Source: Verrucomicrobiota bacterium (GTDB taxonomy: Bacteria; Verrucomicrobiota; Lentisphaeria; Lentisphaerales; Lentisphaeraceae). From it: a DNA stretch of 64,000 bases. The number at the start of each line of letters is the position of its first letter. Positions within the stretch are counted from its first letter, which is position 1. Below are positions 47,577-56,537 of this stretch, in pieces. The stretch spans positions 10,423 through 74,422 of the forward strand of contig JBDKFG010000021.1 in assembly GCA_039798785.1 (NCBI GenBank), written 5' to 3'. Position numbers and translations under genes: made by a program. Under the pieces are notes generated by a model, which was not told where the DNA came from, ran no database searches, and was given only the letters and a program-made list of their open reading frames with translations.

Positions 47577-48486
47577 AAGCTTGCTGCGCCGCCGCCGGCG
47601 GCCTGGCACCCGGCAGCATGAAGCGCAGGGCGAGGAAGAGCAGTGCCGGCAGAAGCAGGAGCGAAGTGAGAAGCAGGCTGATCTGCCAGCGCTCGGCGGC
47701 GATCACCGCGGCCGCCGGCTGGCAGCAGAGCTTCTGGAAAGCCTGGCCTTCCATGCCCGACTGAAGCTCCGTGCAGGAAAGTCCGGGCCGGCCATCGGCG
47801 CGCGACGCTTCCGCGAGTCTGGCGACGAGCCAGCTCTGTTGCTGGCCGATCGCCTCCTTCTCCTGGTTTTCAAGCAGCCCGACCAGCAGCTCGAGCAGGT
47901 GAGGGCGCAATCTCACGTAGAGGGGCGACGCGAGCAGGCCGGGCTGCCGGGCTGCGACCTGCTCCTCCAGCATAGGGAAGAGCTTTTCCACGCCGGCACG
48001 GCTGAGACTGCCAAGATGCTTCTCCAGGACCGCAGAGTCGAGGTGCAGCTCGCCACGCTCGAAGGCGGCGATCGCCGCCAGGGCCGGAGGCGGCAAGGAC
48101 TTCGCCTCCCCCAGGCCTTTCAGCCATTCGGGATGCTCCGCCAGAACCAGCGCGGCGCCAATGAACTGGCTCGCCCCGGCGCTCAGCGGCGCCAGCTTCT
48201 CCTTCAAAAACGGCGCCTCATCCAGACGGGTGGCCAGCAGCCTCTCCTCCGCCGCTCGGCAAAAGCCCCAGGCGGCACCGGCGAGAATGCCGAGCGCAGC
48301 GAAATAAAGCCCCAGCAGGGAAAGCGCAGCAATCCGCCAGCCGCCCGCCAGCCGGGGATGACGCCACAGGCCAAACTTGAAAAGAGCCGCAAAGAACGCC
48401 ATGAAGAGAAAGCCGCCAAGTAGCGCGCCAAGCAAAGTGCCGCCCAGCAAGGCGCTGAACCACGTCCGGATCAAATCCCAAAACAT
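47575..48486 (-). CDS. Hypothetical membrane protein
   Basis: 303 aa with 2 N-terminal and 1 C-terminal TM segments. Confidence 0.65.
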   Translation of the reverse strand: MFWDLIRTWFSALLGGTLLGALLGGFLFMAFFAALFKFGLWRHPRLAGGWRIAALSLLGLYFAALGILAGAAWGFCRAAEERLLATRLDEAPFLKEKLAPLSAGASQFIGAALVLAEHPEWLKGLGEAKSLPPPALAAIAAFERGELHLDSAVLEKHLGSLSRAGVEKLFPMLEEQVAARQPGLLASPLYVRLRPHLLELLVGLLENQEKEAIGQQQSWLVARLAEASRADGRPGLSCTELQSGMEGQAFQKLCCQPAAAVIAAERWQISLLLTSLLLLPALLFLALRFMLPGARPPAAAQQA

Positions 48487-48598
48487 CCCCGCCCCCCCCT
48501 TAAAAGTCCTGGTCGTTTGTAACTCCGGGGCGGCACCGCTGCATAACCCGACGGGAGCCGCGCTTCCAAAGTCTCAGTCCAAAACATGGAGCCATCCG

Positions 48599-48889
48599 AT
48601 GAAAAAACTCTTCCTCTGCGCCATTTTCGCCGCCATCACCGCCGCCGCCACCGCTTCAGACGCCCTCAAGAGCTGGGACAAAAACGCCGACGGCAGCCTC
48701 GATCCGGCCGAATTCAAAGAAGCCGTCGCCGCCGACGCCAGCTACTCCAAGTTCGACAAGGATGGCAATTCCTCTCTCGACAAGGATGAACTGAGCGCCG
48801 CCATCACCAGCCTGGATGCCGGCAAAAAAGAAGGCAAAAGCAAGAAGGCGAAAAAGGACAAGAAGAAAAAAGACAGGCAGCAGGCTTGA
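48599..48889 (+). CDS. Secreted EF-hand protein with Lys-rich tail
   Basis: Signal peptide MKKLFLCAIFAA; DKNADGSLDPAE and DKDGNSSLDKDE loops. Confidence 0.8.
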   Translation: MKKLFLCAIFAAITAAATASDALKSWDKNADGSLDPAEFKEAVAADASYSKFDKDGNSSLDKDELSAAITSLDAGKKEGKSKKAKKDKKKKDRQQA

Positions 48890-48905
48890 TCTTCCGAAAG
48901 CTTCC

Positions 48906-48940
48906 CGGCCGCGGCACTGACGCCGCGGCCGCTTCTTTTC
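48906..48940 (+). terminator. Intrinsic terminator
   Basis: CGGCCGCGGC-ACTGAC-GCCGCGGCCG followed by CTTCTTTT. Confidence 0.6.
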
Positions 48941-49059
48941 CGCGCGGCCGGGACCACGGAAGCAGCTTGGCGCCATTCTCCCCCGTACGGGTGGCGGCGG
49001 CAGACCGCGCCGTTATGTTAGGCGGAATCCCGCAACCCCGTTCATGGAGATTGACGCAT

Positions 49060-50448
49060 ATGGAGCCAAAGTCGCTTAAAGAAGTCAACCAGACGCTGAA
49101 AAGTCTCTACACCCGGGGTGCCGATGCTTTGAAACAAAGCAACTACGACTACGCCATCGATCTCTTCCGCACCTGCCTGAAGGACTGCCCGGAATTTGCC
49201 GACGCCCGCCGCGACCTCCGCAACGCGGTTTACGAAAAGACCGGCGGCGGCAAGGTCGGCGGCATGACCCAGGCCCTGGTCCAGACCAAATACACCCTCG
49301 CCATGATGAAAGCGCCCGGCATGCTCAAGAAAGAGCAGTTCGCCGAGGCGATGGACCTGGCCGAAGAGATCCTCTCCAAGGACCCCAACAACGTCGCCGG
49401 CCAGAAACTTCTCATCGATGCGGCTCTCGCCGCCGACATGCAGTGGATCGCCATCGACATGCTCGAGTTCTCCCTCAAGCTCAACCCGAAAAACGCCCCC
49501 AACGCCGAACAGCTCGTCGACCTGTACGTCGCCAACGGCCTCGGCAACAAGGCGGTCGACCTGGCTCAGAAGCTGGTCCGCGCCTACCCCGACAACGGCG
49601 CCTACCTGTCGCTCCTGAAAAACGCCGAAGCCAAATCGGCGATGGACAACACCGGCTGGGAGCAGCGCCAGAAGGCCCAGGGCAACCAGGCGGCGCAGCA
49701 GGAGATGCGCGACACCGGCCCGCGCGACGAAGAGTCCGCCGAGAAGCTGGTGGACCAGTACATCGCCCAGATCAACGCCGGACGCGACAACGTCGACATC
49801 CGCAAGAAACTCGCACGCGCCCTGCTCAAGCTCGAGCGTTATGACGAGGCCGTGGAGGTGCTGCAGAAGGCCCTCTCGATGAGCAGCGCCATCGATCCGG
49901 CTCTGCAGAAGATGGTCTACCAGGCCGCCGAGGCCCGCTTCGACCACGCCATCACCGCCTGGGAGGATTACGGCCGCAAGGGCGCGGCGGAAAAGGCCCA
50001 GGCCGAAGGCGAGATCGAGGAGCTGCAGCGCCAGAAGTCCGACTTCATGCTCGAAAAGGCGCGCGAGCGCGTCGCTCTCTACGCCAACGATCCGACCGTC
50101 CACATGGACCTCGCACTCATTCTCTTCGACCGCCACGAGCTCGACGAGGCTCTCGCCGGCTTCCAGAAGGCCCAGAATTCGCCTCGCCACCGCCGTAGCG
50201 CCCTCTTCTACAAAGGCCGCTGCTTCGCCCAGAAGAGTCAGCACGACATCGCGGTGCGGGAATTCCAGGCAGCCCTGGCGGAAAACCCCGAAGCCAACGA
50301 AAAGCTCGACATCATGTTCGAAATGGCCGGCTCCCTCGCCCGACTCAGCCGTGAACAGGAGAGCCGCGACCTATACACCCTGATCTACCAGACCAACATC
50401 AACTACAAGAACATCCGCGACATCGTCGAACGTCAATACAGGAGCTGA
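49060..50448 (+). CDS. TPR-repeat protein
   Basis: Multiple TPR motifs (NYDYAIDLF, ERYDEAVEVLQKA, C-terminal YQTNINYKNI); ATG 49060 after GGAG. Confidence 0.85.
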   Translation: MEPKSLKEVNQTLKSLYTRGADALKQSNYDYAIDLFRTCLKDCPEFADARRDLRNAVYEKTGGGKVGGMTQALVQTKYTLAMMKAPGMLKKEQFAEAMDLAEEILSKDPNNVAGQKLLIDAALAADMQWIAIDMLEFSLKLNPKNAPNAEQLVDLYVANGLGNKAVDLAQKLVRAYPDNGAYLSLLKNAEAKSAMDNTGWEQRQKAQGNQAAQQEMRDTGPRDEESAEKLVDQYIAQINAGRDNVDIRKKLARALLKLERYDEAVEVLQKALSMSSAIDPALQKMVYQAAEARFDHAITAWEDYGRKGAAEKAQAEGEIEELQRQKSDFMLEKARERVALYANDPTVHMDLALILFDRHELDEALAGFQKAQNSPRHRRSALFYKGRCFAQKSQHDIAVREFQAALAENPEANEKLDIMFEMAGSLARLSREQESRDLYTLIYQTNINYKNIRDIVERQYRS

Positions 50449-50457
50449 TCCGGCCCC

Positions 50458-51861
50458 ATGGGGAAAGAAGCCAGACCTGAGCAGAAGCGGCGCCCCTTCG
50501 GCCTCCGCCTCCTCTCCTTGCTGGGGATGGACTTCCGCCAGGAAGAAGAAGCCCCCCGCGAGGCGCCCCTCGCCGATTTGAGCTCCGCCGGCACCCTGGC
50601 GATGGAGTCGCGCCCGCATGTCCCGGGCCGCACCATCCTCCCCGCCCGCCTCGGCGAACGCTACCAGGTGCAGCGCATCCTCGGCAGCGGCGGCTACGGC
50701 ACCGTCTTCCTCGTCCGCGACCTCGTCATCGGCCGCCTCGTCGCCCTCAAGCTCCTTCACCACGGCCTCAAGCCCGGCGGCATCGTCCACCGCCACTTCA
50801 TCCAGGAAGCCCGCATCGCCGGCCAGCTCGACCACGAGAACATCGTCGTCATCTACACCGTCGAAAACGACGGAGACTGCACCGGCATCGTGATGGAATA
50901 TCTGCCCGAGGGAAGTCTCGCCTCGCGCCTCGCCGAACGCGGCGCCCTCGCCGAGATCGAAGCCCTGCGAATCCTTCACGGCGTCCTCTCCGGCCTCGCC
51001 GCCGCTCACCAGATCAAGGTCACCCACCGCGACATCAAGCCCGGCAACATCCTCTTCGACCCGAAGGGGCGCCCCAAGGTCTCGGACTTCGGCGTCGCTC
51101 ACCTTCCCCGCGAAGAGGGCGGCGTCAGCGGCGACAGTGAATTCAAGCCGGTCGGCACCCCGGTCTACATGTCTCCCGAACAACTCCTCGGCGACCCCAA
51201 TCTCGATGGACGCAGCGACCTCTGGTCCTGCGGCGTCATCCTCCACGAAATGCTCTGCGGCTCCCTGCCTTTCATCTACAAGTCGAAGCCGACGGTGGAG
51301 GAGGCCCTGCAGGTGGTGATGACCCAGGATCCGGCCAACCCCCGCCTCAGCCGTCCGGAGATCGATCCCGCCACCGTCGAGCTGCTGGAGCGCCTCCTGG
51401 CGCGCCGGCCGGAACAGCGCTTCCAGTCGGCCCAGGAGGCCCTGCGCCTTCTCGAGCCCTTGATCAGCCGCATCAACCAGCCTCCTCCCAGCGCCTTCCC
51501 CGACCAGATCGTCACCTCGCCGGTCAGCCTCCTCGAAGACGTCATGCGCCTCCTTCTCGTCGACGGCATGATGTCGCCCCCGGAACGCCGCGAGATCATG
51601 CGCCGCGCCGCCCGCCTCGGCGTCCTGCCCGAAGTCGCCCGCGAGATCGAAGCCAAGATCCGCCGCGAGATGGGACTGCCCTCTCTCGACACCATCGAGG
51701 CCTATGAGACCGCGGTGCGCCTCCTTGCCGGCGACGGCGAGCTCGGCGACAGCGACCGCGCCGTCCTCGAAAGCACTTCGCGCAAGCTCGGCATCACCGA
51801 CATCGAACGGAGCATGATCGACAAGGACGCGGTCCGGCGCGGCAAGGAAAAAGGAGGCTGA
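50458..51861 (+). CDS. Ser/Thr protein kinase with C-terminal TerB-like repeats
   Basis: GSGGYG, VALK, HRDIKPGN, DFG, GTPVYMSPEQ; DGMMSPPER..LGV and DGELGDSDR..LGI repeats. Confidence 0.88.
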   Translation: MGKEARPEQKRRPFGLRLLSLLGMDFRQEEEAPREAPLADLSSAGTLAMESRPHVPGRTILPARLGERYQVQRILGSGGYGTVFLVRDLVIGRLVALKLLHHGLKPGGIVHRHFIQEARIAGQLDHENIVVIYTVENDGDCTGIVMEYLPEGSLASRLAERGALAEIEALRILHGVLSGLAAAHQIKVTHRDIKPGNILFDPKGRPKVSDFGVAHLPREEGGVSGDSEFKPVGTPVYMSPEQLLGDPNLDGRSDLWSCGVILHEMLCGSLPFIYKSKPTVEEALQVVMTQDPANPRLSRPEIDPATVELLERLLARRPEQRFQSAQEALRLLEPLISRINQPPPSAFPDQIVTSPVSLLEDVMRLLLVDGMMSPPERREIMRRAARLGVLPEVAREIEAKIRREMGLPSLDTIEAYETAVRLLAGDGELGDSDRAVLESTSRKLGITDIERSMIDKDAVRRGKEKGG

Positions 51862-51931
51862 GCGTCGTGATTGCCTTTCACGGCGCCAGCAGATCCTCCC
51901 CTCTCCTCAAAATCCAAACCCGGAGTTCCTG

Positions 51932-52660
51932 ATGAAGCTATTACGCGGCAAATGCCCCGGCTGCGGCGTCGCCTGCGACGAGACGCCGGGGGAAATCGAC
52001 CGCCAGGTCAACTGCCTGAGCTGCGGCCGGCTCCTGGAGATCCCCGCTCTCGCCAGCTCCCCCGAGCCCCCTTCTCGCCCAGCGGAGAAAAGCGCTCCGG
52101 CGCCGGCCAGCATCGACCTGGTCTTTTGGCTGTCGTGCGCCGTCCTGCTCCTCGTCCAGCTCTTTCCTCGCCTCTTCGACCTGCTGATCTTCATCGCCTT
52201 TGCCGGCTTCGCCCTCGCCGTGCGTCAAAGCACCGAGAAGCCCGCCCCGGCCCCGCCTCCCTCACTCTGGGCCTCGACCCTCGACCGCTGGCGCCTCTAT
52301 CCAGGTGAGATCCTCGGCCTCCTGCCCGTCCTCGTCGCCGTTCTCACTCACAGCTTCGACGCGAGAGGTTCGATCCAGGCCTTCGCTTCGGTCCTCGCCC
52401 TTGCCCTCGTCTTCGTCCTCAGCCTCGCCTCCCGCCATCACTACGAGCTCAACCACGCCAGCCGCATCACCGTCCCCTTCCTCCACTTCGACTCGCTCCG
52501 GGCTCCGTGGAATTTCCAGCCGCCCCCAGCCCCCCCACCGGAAGAAGAGGCTCCGGCGCCGCGGCCGAAACGCGTCGAATCTCTCGGCCAATACGCCAAG
52601 GAGGCGGATGAACGCTTCGAATCCTGGCTTATCGAGGAGACCCGGCGGCACGGACGCTGA
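51932..52660 (+). CDS. Hypothetical membrane protein with N-terminal zinc ribbon
   Basis: CPGC...CLSC followed by four hydrophobic segments. Confidence 0.65.
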   Translation: MKLLRGKCPGCGVACDETPGEIDRQVNCLSCGRLLEIPALASSPEPPSRPAEKSAPAPASIDLVFWLSCAVLLLVQLFPRLFDLLIFIAFAGFALAVRQSTEKPAPAPPPSLWASTLDRWRLYPGEILGLLPVLVAVLTHSFDARGSIQAFASVLALALVFVLSLASRHHYELNHASRITVPFLHFDSLRAPWNFQPPPAPPPEEEAPAPRPKRVESLGQYAKEADERFESWLIEETRRHGR

Positions 52661-52729
52661 ATTCCATCCGAAACTCCAGATCGGGGAATGGATCTGGCAA
52701 GGCCCAACTCCTTAAACGCTCCCAATCTC

Positions 52730-53887
52730 ATGAAAAACTTCGCACTCCTCGCCCTCCTCCTGCTCAGTTCCTGCGCCGCCGGCGAACGCCTGTCGAACCA
52801 AACCCCCTGGTCGGCGATCGAGGGGCAGCAGTCAAGCCTGCCGCTTTTCCCCCTCGCCTACAGCAGCCAGAACGGCAGCTCCGCCCTCTGGCCTCTGCTC
52901 GACTGGGACCGGCAAGGCTGGGCCCTGCGTCCGCTCGCCGCACGCCAGAACGACCGGACCGAACTGCTCTGGCCCTTCATCAAATGGAGCCCCGGCCACT
53001 TCGCCTTCTCGCCGGTCTTTGAACGCCGCCACGACAGCAAAGGATGTGACTGGCGCCTCAGCCCCCTGATCGCCTGGGGCGACAGCGACGCCCATGTCTC
53101 CGATTGGCACGCCTTCCACCTCATGGGCTGGCAAAGACGCGGCGATGAAACCGCTTCCCACCTCCACCCCTTGTTCTGGCGCCGCCACGGCGGCGACGAC
53201 GACTGGGAGGCCTCCTGCCTCCTCAACCTCGGCAAGGTCTGGAGCAACGGCGACAAATCCGGCTGGCACCTCTTCCCACTGATCAAATACCGACGCTTCA
53301 GCCCGGCCGAACAGCCCCTGCCGGGCGGCCACGGCGACAGCTTCCTGCCCACCTGGAACGGCGCCGATTGCGGCGGCGTCGAAATCGACACCCTCATCTG
53401 GGATCACAAAAGCTCCTATTCCCTCTTCTGGCTCCCAGGCCAGCTCCACCGCGACGAGGAAAGGCTCCTCGCCGCCTGGTGGGCCGAACTCAGCCTCCAA
53501 CCAAGCGACGGCGGCAAGCCCTTCGTCCCCGGCGACGCCAGCGTCGAACGCCTCCTCGTCCGTCACGGCGTGAAACCCGCCGGACGCAGCCGCGCCGAGC
53601 TCCAGCACGCCCTCCTCGAATGGGCGGGCAGCCGTGGAGAAGTCCTTTGCACCACCCGCCAGGACGACATCCACCTGCCCTTGATCGAGTTCGCCCTCTG
53701 GCAAAGAGTCCGCCATCTCAGCTCGGGTCAATCGGAGCTCTTCTGGGGCTTCCTCTGGGATTCCCAGGACGACAGCAAGAGCAGCGAGATCCGCATCCTC
53801 CGCCGCCTCCTTCATTTCCAGCGCGGCCCGGAAGGACGCTCCGGCCACATTCTGTTCATCCCCTACGGCAGTGCGACCTGGTTCTGA
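52730..53887 (+). CDS. Hypothetical lipoprotein with Trp/Pro-rich beta repeats
   Basis: MKNFALLALLLLSSC lipobox; repeated LWP/FP[LI] motifs. Confidence 0.65.
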   Translation: MKNFALLALLLLSSCAAGERLSNQTPWSAIEGQQSSLPLFPLAYSSQNGSSALWPLLDWDRQGWALRPLAARQNDRTELLWPFIKWSPGHFAFSPVFERRHDSKGCDWRLSPLIAWGDSDAHVSDWHAFHLMGWQRRGDETASHLHPLFWRRHGGDDDWEASCLLNLGKVWSNGDKSGWHLFPLIKYRRFSPAEQPLPGGHGDSFLPTWNGADCGGVEIDTLIWDHKSSYSLFWLPGQLHRDEERLLAAWWAELSLQPSDGGKPFVPGDASVERLLVRHGVKPAGRSRAELQHALLEWAGSRGEVLCTTRQDDIHLPLIEFALWQRVRHLSSGQSELFWGFLWDSQDDSKSSEIRILRRLLHFQRGPEGRSGHILFIPYGSATWF

Positions 53888-53904
53888 AGTCGCCCCGCCC
53901 CGAT

Positions 53905-54492
53905 TCAGCTCACCAGGAAGAGCCGCATCATGCAGGGTCCGTGGGCGCCGATGACCAGGCACTGCTCGATGTCGGCGGTCTTGGACGGCCCGGCGATGAA
54001 GGCGCCGGCCTGGGGCAGCGGCGAGGACGCGAGCCGGCGCATCGCCTGGTGCATGTTGTCGAGGATCTGGTCGGCCGGGACGACCAGGGCGAGATTCACC
54101 GCCAGGAAGGGGGCGCTGCGCTGACAGTCGTCGCCGTGGGGAATCCACACCGCGGCGTTCTCGGCGACCGCGAAGGGACCTTCGATCAGGCAGAGGTCGA
54201 GCTCGTTGTAGATCTTCGGGTCGGTGCCGGCTTCTGGCAGGGGCACGTTGTGCAGCTCGGGCAGGCTGGGGGCGTAGATCTTCTTTGCTTCAGGCCAGGC
54301 GGCGCGGATCCGTTCGGCGAGCTCGGCGCGACTGCAAGGGACGAGTTCTCCGCCGGCCGGCAAAAGCGCCTCGGCGAGACGGGCCTGTTTGTCGGGGTAG
54401 CTGATGCCGAAATCGGCCGGCGGACGCAGCGCCTCGGGAGCGGGCGGGCGGTTCTGGCGAAGCGAAGCGAGGATGGTGTCGCGGGAAGACAT
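53905..54492 (-). CDS. lutC: Lactate utilization protein C (LUD domain)
   Basis: VAENAAVW, FIAGPSKTADIEQCLVIGAHGP. Confidence 0.9.
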   Translation of the reverse strand: MSSRDTILASLRQNRPPAPEALRPPADFGISYPDKQARLAEALLPAGGELVPCSRAELAERIRAAWPEAKKIYAPSLPELHNVPLPEAGTDPKIYNELDLCLIEGPFAVAENAAVWIPHGDDCQRSAPFLAVNLALVVPADQILDNMHQAMRRLASSPLPQAGAFIAGPSKTADIEQCLVIGAHGPCMMRLFLVS

Positions 54493-54509
54493 CGGGAACT
54501 CCAGTTTTT

Positions 54510-54541
54510 ATCCACAGATTAGCACAGATTAACACAGATTA
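54510..54541 (+). repeat. Decamer array arm (NNCACAGATT x3) downstream of GxxExxY
   Basis: ATCCACAGATT AGCACAGATT AACACAGATTA; contains the GxxExxY stop codon. Confidence 0.9.
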
Positions 54542-54925
54542 TTTAACGCAGGTCAAGAGGGGGGGGGGGGGGGGGGGGGGGTATTGCAGGGAGACGTTGC
54601 CGAAGTTGAGGAGAAGTCCGACGGAGTGGCCGGTGGCCTTGAGGTAGTTGATCAACTGAGCCTCCTCTGTGCCGCTCATCTTGGTTAGGGCCTTGAGCTC
54701 GACGATGAGGTTGTCGAAGCAGATGAAGTCGGCGCGGTAGTGTTGCTGAAGCACCCGGTCGCGGTAGCGGATCGGCAACAACACTTCACGGCGGAAGGGG
54801 ATTCCGGAAAGTTCGAATTCGACCATCAAGGCCTCTTGGTAGACAGCTTCGAGAAAGCCGTGACCAAGGCGGCGATGAACCTCCATAGCAGCGCCAATCA
54901 CAGCATGGGTGCGAGGATCTTTCAT
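54539..54925 (-). CDS. GxxExxY protein (PD-(D/E)XK-like fold)
   Basis: VIGAAMEVHRRLGHGFLEAVYQEAL, RADFICFDNLIVELKA, AQLINYLKATG..GLLLNFG; C-terminus distorted by a 23-nt homopolymer. Confidence 0.92.
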   Translation of the reverse strand: MKDPRTHAVIGAAMEVHRRLGHGFLEAVYQEALMVEFELSGIPFRREVLLPIRYRDRVLQQHYRADFICFDNLIVELKALTKMSGTEEAQLINYLKATGHSVGLLLNFGNVSLQYPPPPPPPLLTCVK

Positions 54926-54946
54926 AACCTTTCCGTCCTTGTGTCT

Positions 54947-54978
54947 TAATCTGTGCCCATCTGTGTTAATCTGTGGAT
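54947..54978 (-). repeat. Inverted decamer array arm upstream of GxxExxY
   Basis: Reverse complement ATCCACAGATT AACACAGATG GGCACAGATTA, 28/32 identical to 54510-54541; starts at the lutB stop. Confidence 0.9.
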
Positions 54979-56330
54979 CATTTCTTCCTTTCCTGCCACA
55001 ATTGGCGGAAGGTCTTGGGCGGCACCGGCGGCAGGTCGCGGCTGCGTTCCCAGGGGTTGAGGGTCTTGTTGCGCAGCAGGACGCCGGGGGTGAGGCGCAG
55101 GGCCTGGGCGGCGGCGCGGTAGAGGGTAGTGTTGCTGAGCACCTTGGAGCCGAGCTTGAGGGCGAGTCGCTTGCCGAGGGAGACGTGGCCGGCCTTGGCG
55201 AGGTCGCCGCGCCAGGCGAGGAGCTGTTCGTGCAGGTTGATCTTCACCGGGCAGACGTCGGTGCAGGAGCCGCAGAGGGTCGAGGCGAAGGGCAGCGACG
55301 AGTGGGCGGCGGGGTCCATGCCGGGCGACAGCACCGAGCCGATCGGGCCGGGGATCACCGAGCCGTAGCTGTGGCCGCCGGAGCGGCGGTACACCGGGCA
55401 GGTGTTCATGCAGGCGCCGCAGCGGATGCAGCCGAGGGATTTGCGGTACTCTTCGCGGCCCATCTGGGCGGAGCGGCCGTTGTCGACGATGACGATGTGC
55501 ATCTCGGCGCCGGGGCGGGGCTGGTGGAAGAAGGAGGTGTAGGTGGTGATGTTCTGGCCGGTGGCGCTGCGGGCAAGAAGGCGGGTGAAGACGCCGAGGT
55601 CCTCGAGCTTGGGCAGGAACTTCTCCAGGCCCATGCAGGCGATGTGCAGCTTCGGCAGCGAGGTGCCGAGGTCGGCATTGCCTTCGTTGGTGCAGATGAC
55701 GATGCCGCCGGTCTCGGCGATGGCGAAGTTGACCCCGGTGATGCCCGCGTCGGCCTCGAGGAAACGCTTGCGGATGTCGCCGCGGGCGGCCCGGGTGAGA
55801 TAGGTCGGGTCGGCGTTCTTCGGGTCGGTGCCGAGCTCCTGGGCGAAGAGCTCGGCGATCTCCTCGCGCTTGGTGTGGATCGCCGGCAGAACGATGTGCG
55901 AGGGCGGCTCGTGGCGGAGCTGGACGATGCGCTCGCCAAGGTCGGTGTCGACCACCTCGATGCCGCTCTTGTAGAGCACCGGGTTGAGGCCGCATTCTTC
56001 GGTCAGCATCGACTTCGACTTGACCACCTTCTTCGCGCCGGCTTTTTGCAGCAGCCCGAGGACGATGGCGTTGTGCTCCTTCGCATCGACCGCGAAATGA
56101 ACCTTGACGCCGTTCTTGGCGCAGGCCGACTCGAACTGCTCCAGCAGCTCCGGCAGGCGGTTGAGGGTTTCGGCCTTGATCCCTTCGGCCAGGGTGCGCA
56201 GTTGCTCCCATTCGGGGATCGAGGCGGCAGCTTTGTCGCGCTTGGCGCGGACAAACCACAGCGCCTTGTCGTGCCAGCCGGTGCGCTCGGCGTCGAGGTT
56301 GAATTTGGTCGCGGCTTCGGCGTGGCCCAT
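54978..56330 (-). CDS. lutB: Lactate utilization Fe-S protein B
   Basis: KSKSMLTEE, DTDLGERIVQL, PSHIVLPAIH, TNEGN, CIRCGACMNTCP, STLCGSCTDVCP. Confidence 0.95.
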   Translation of the reverse strand: MGHAEAATKFNLDAERTGWHDKALWFVRAKRDKAAASIPEWEQLRTLAEGIKAETLNRLPELLEQFESACAKNGVKVHFAVDAKEHNAIVLGLLQKAGAKKVVKSKSMLTEECGLNPVLYKSGIEVVDTDLGERIVQLRHEPPSHIVLPAIHTKREEIAELFAQELGTDPKNADPTYLTRAARGDIRKRFLEADAGITGVNFAIAETGGIVICTNEGNADLGTSLPKLHIACMGLEKFLPKLEDLGVFTRLLARSATGQNITTYTSFFHQPRPGAEMHIVIVDNGRSAQMGREEYRKSLGCIRCGACMNTCPVYRRSGGHSYGSVIPGPIGSVLSPGMDPAAHSSLPFASTLCGSCTDVCPVKINLHEQLLAWRGDLAKAGHVSLGKRLALKLGSKVLSNTTLYRAAAQALRLTPGVLLRNKTLNPWERSRDLPPVPPKTFRQLWQERKK

Positions 56331-56537
56331 GAGTCTCTCCAGTTTGTTTGTTGATAAGATACCGATCTTTCCGGCTTGCGGTAGAGCTGATGCCAGAGAA
56401 TTCGAATTCCCCCTCTTTTTTCAGGCGGCAATCTTCACGCCCCACCCCCTGCCGCCTGAGCTTTTTCTTGCGTGTCACTCTAGCCAGCGGCGCAGGCAGC
56501 CCCATACTGAAGCAGACACAGAAACGCCGGAGGTCCC

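Noticed and set aside
56331..56537. Expected lutA upstream of lutB
   Set aside because: Only a 207-bp divergent promoter region with no remnant; lutA may be elsewhere in the genome
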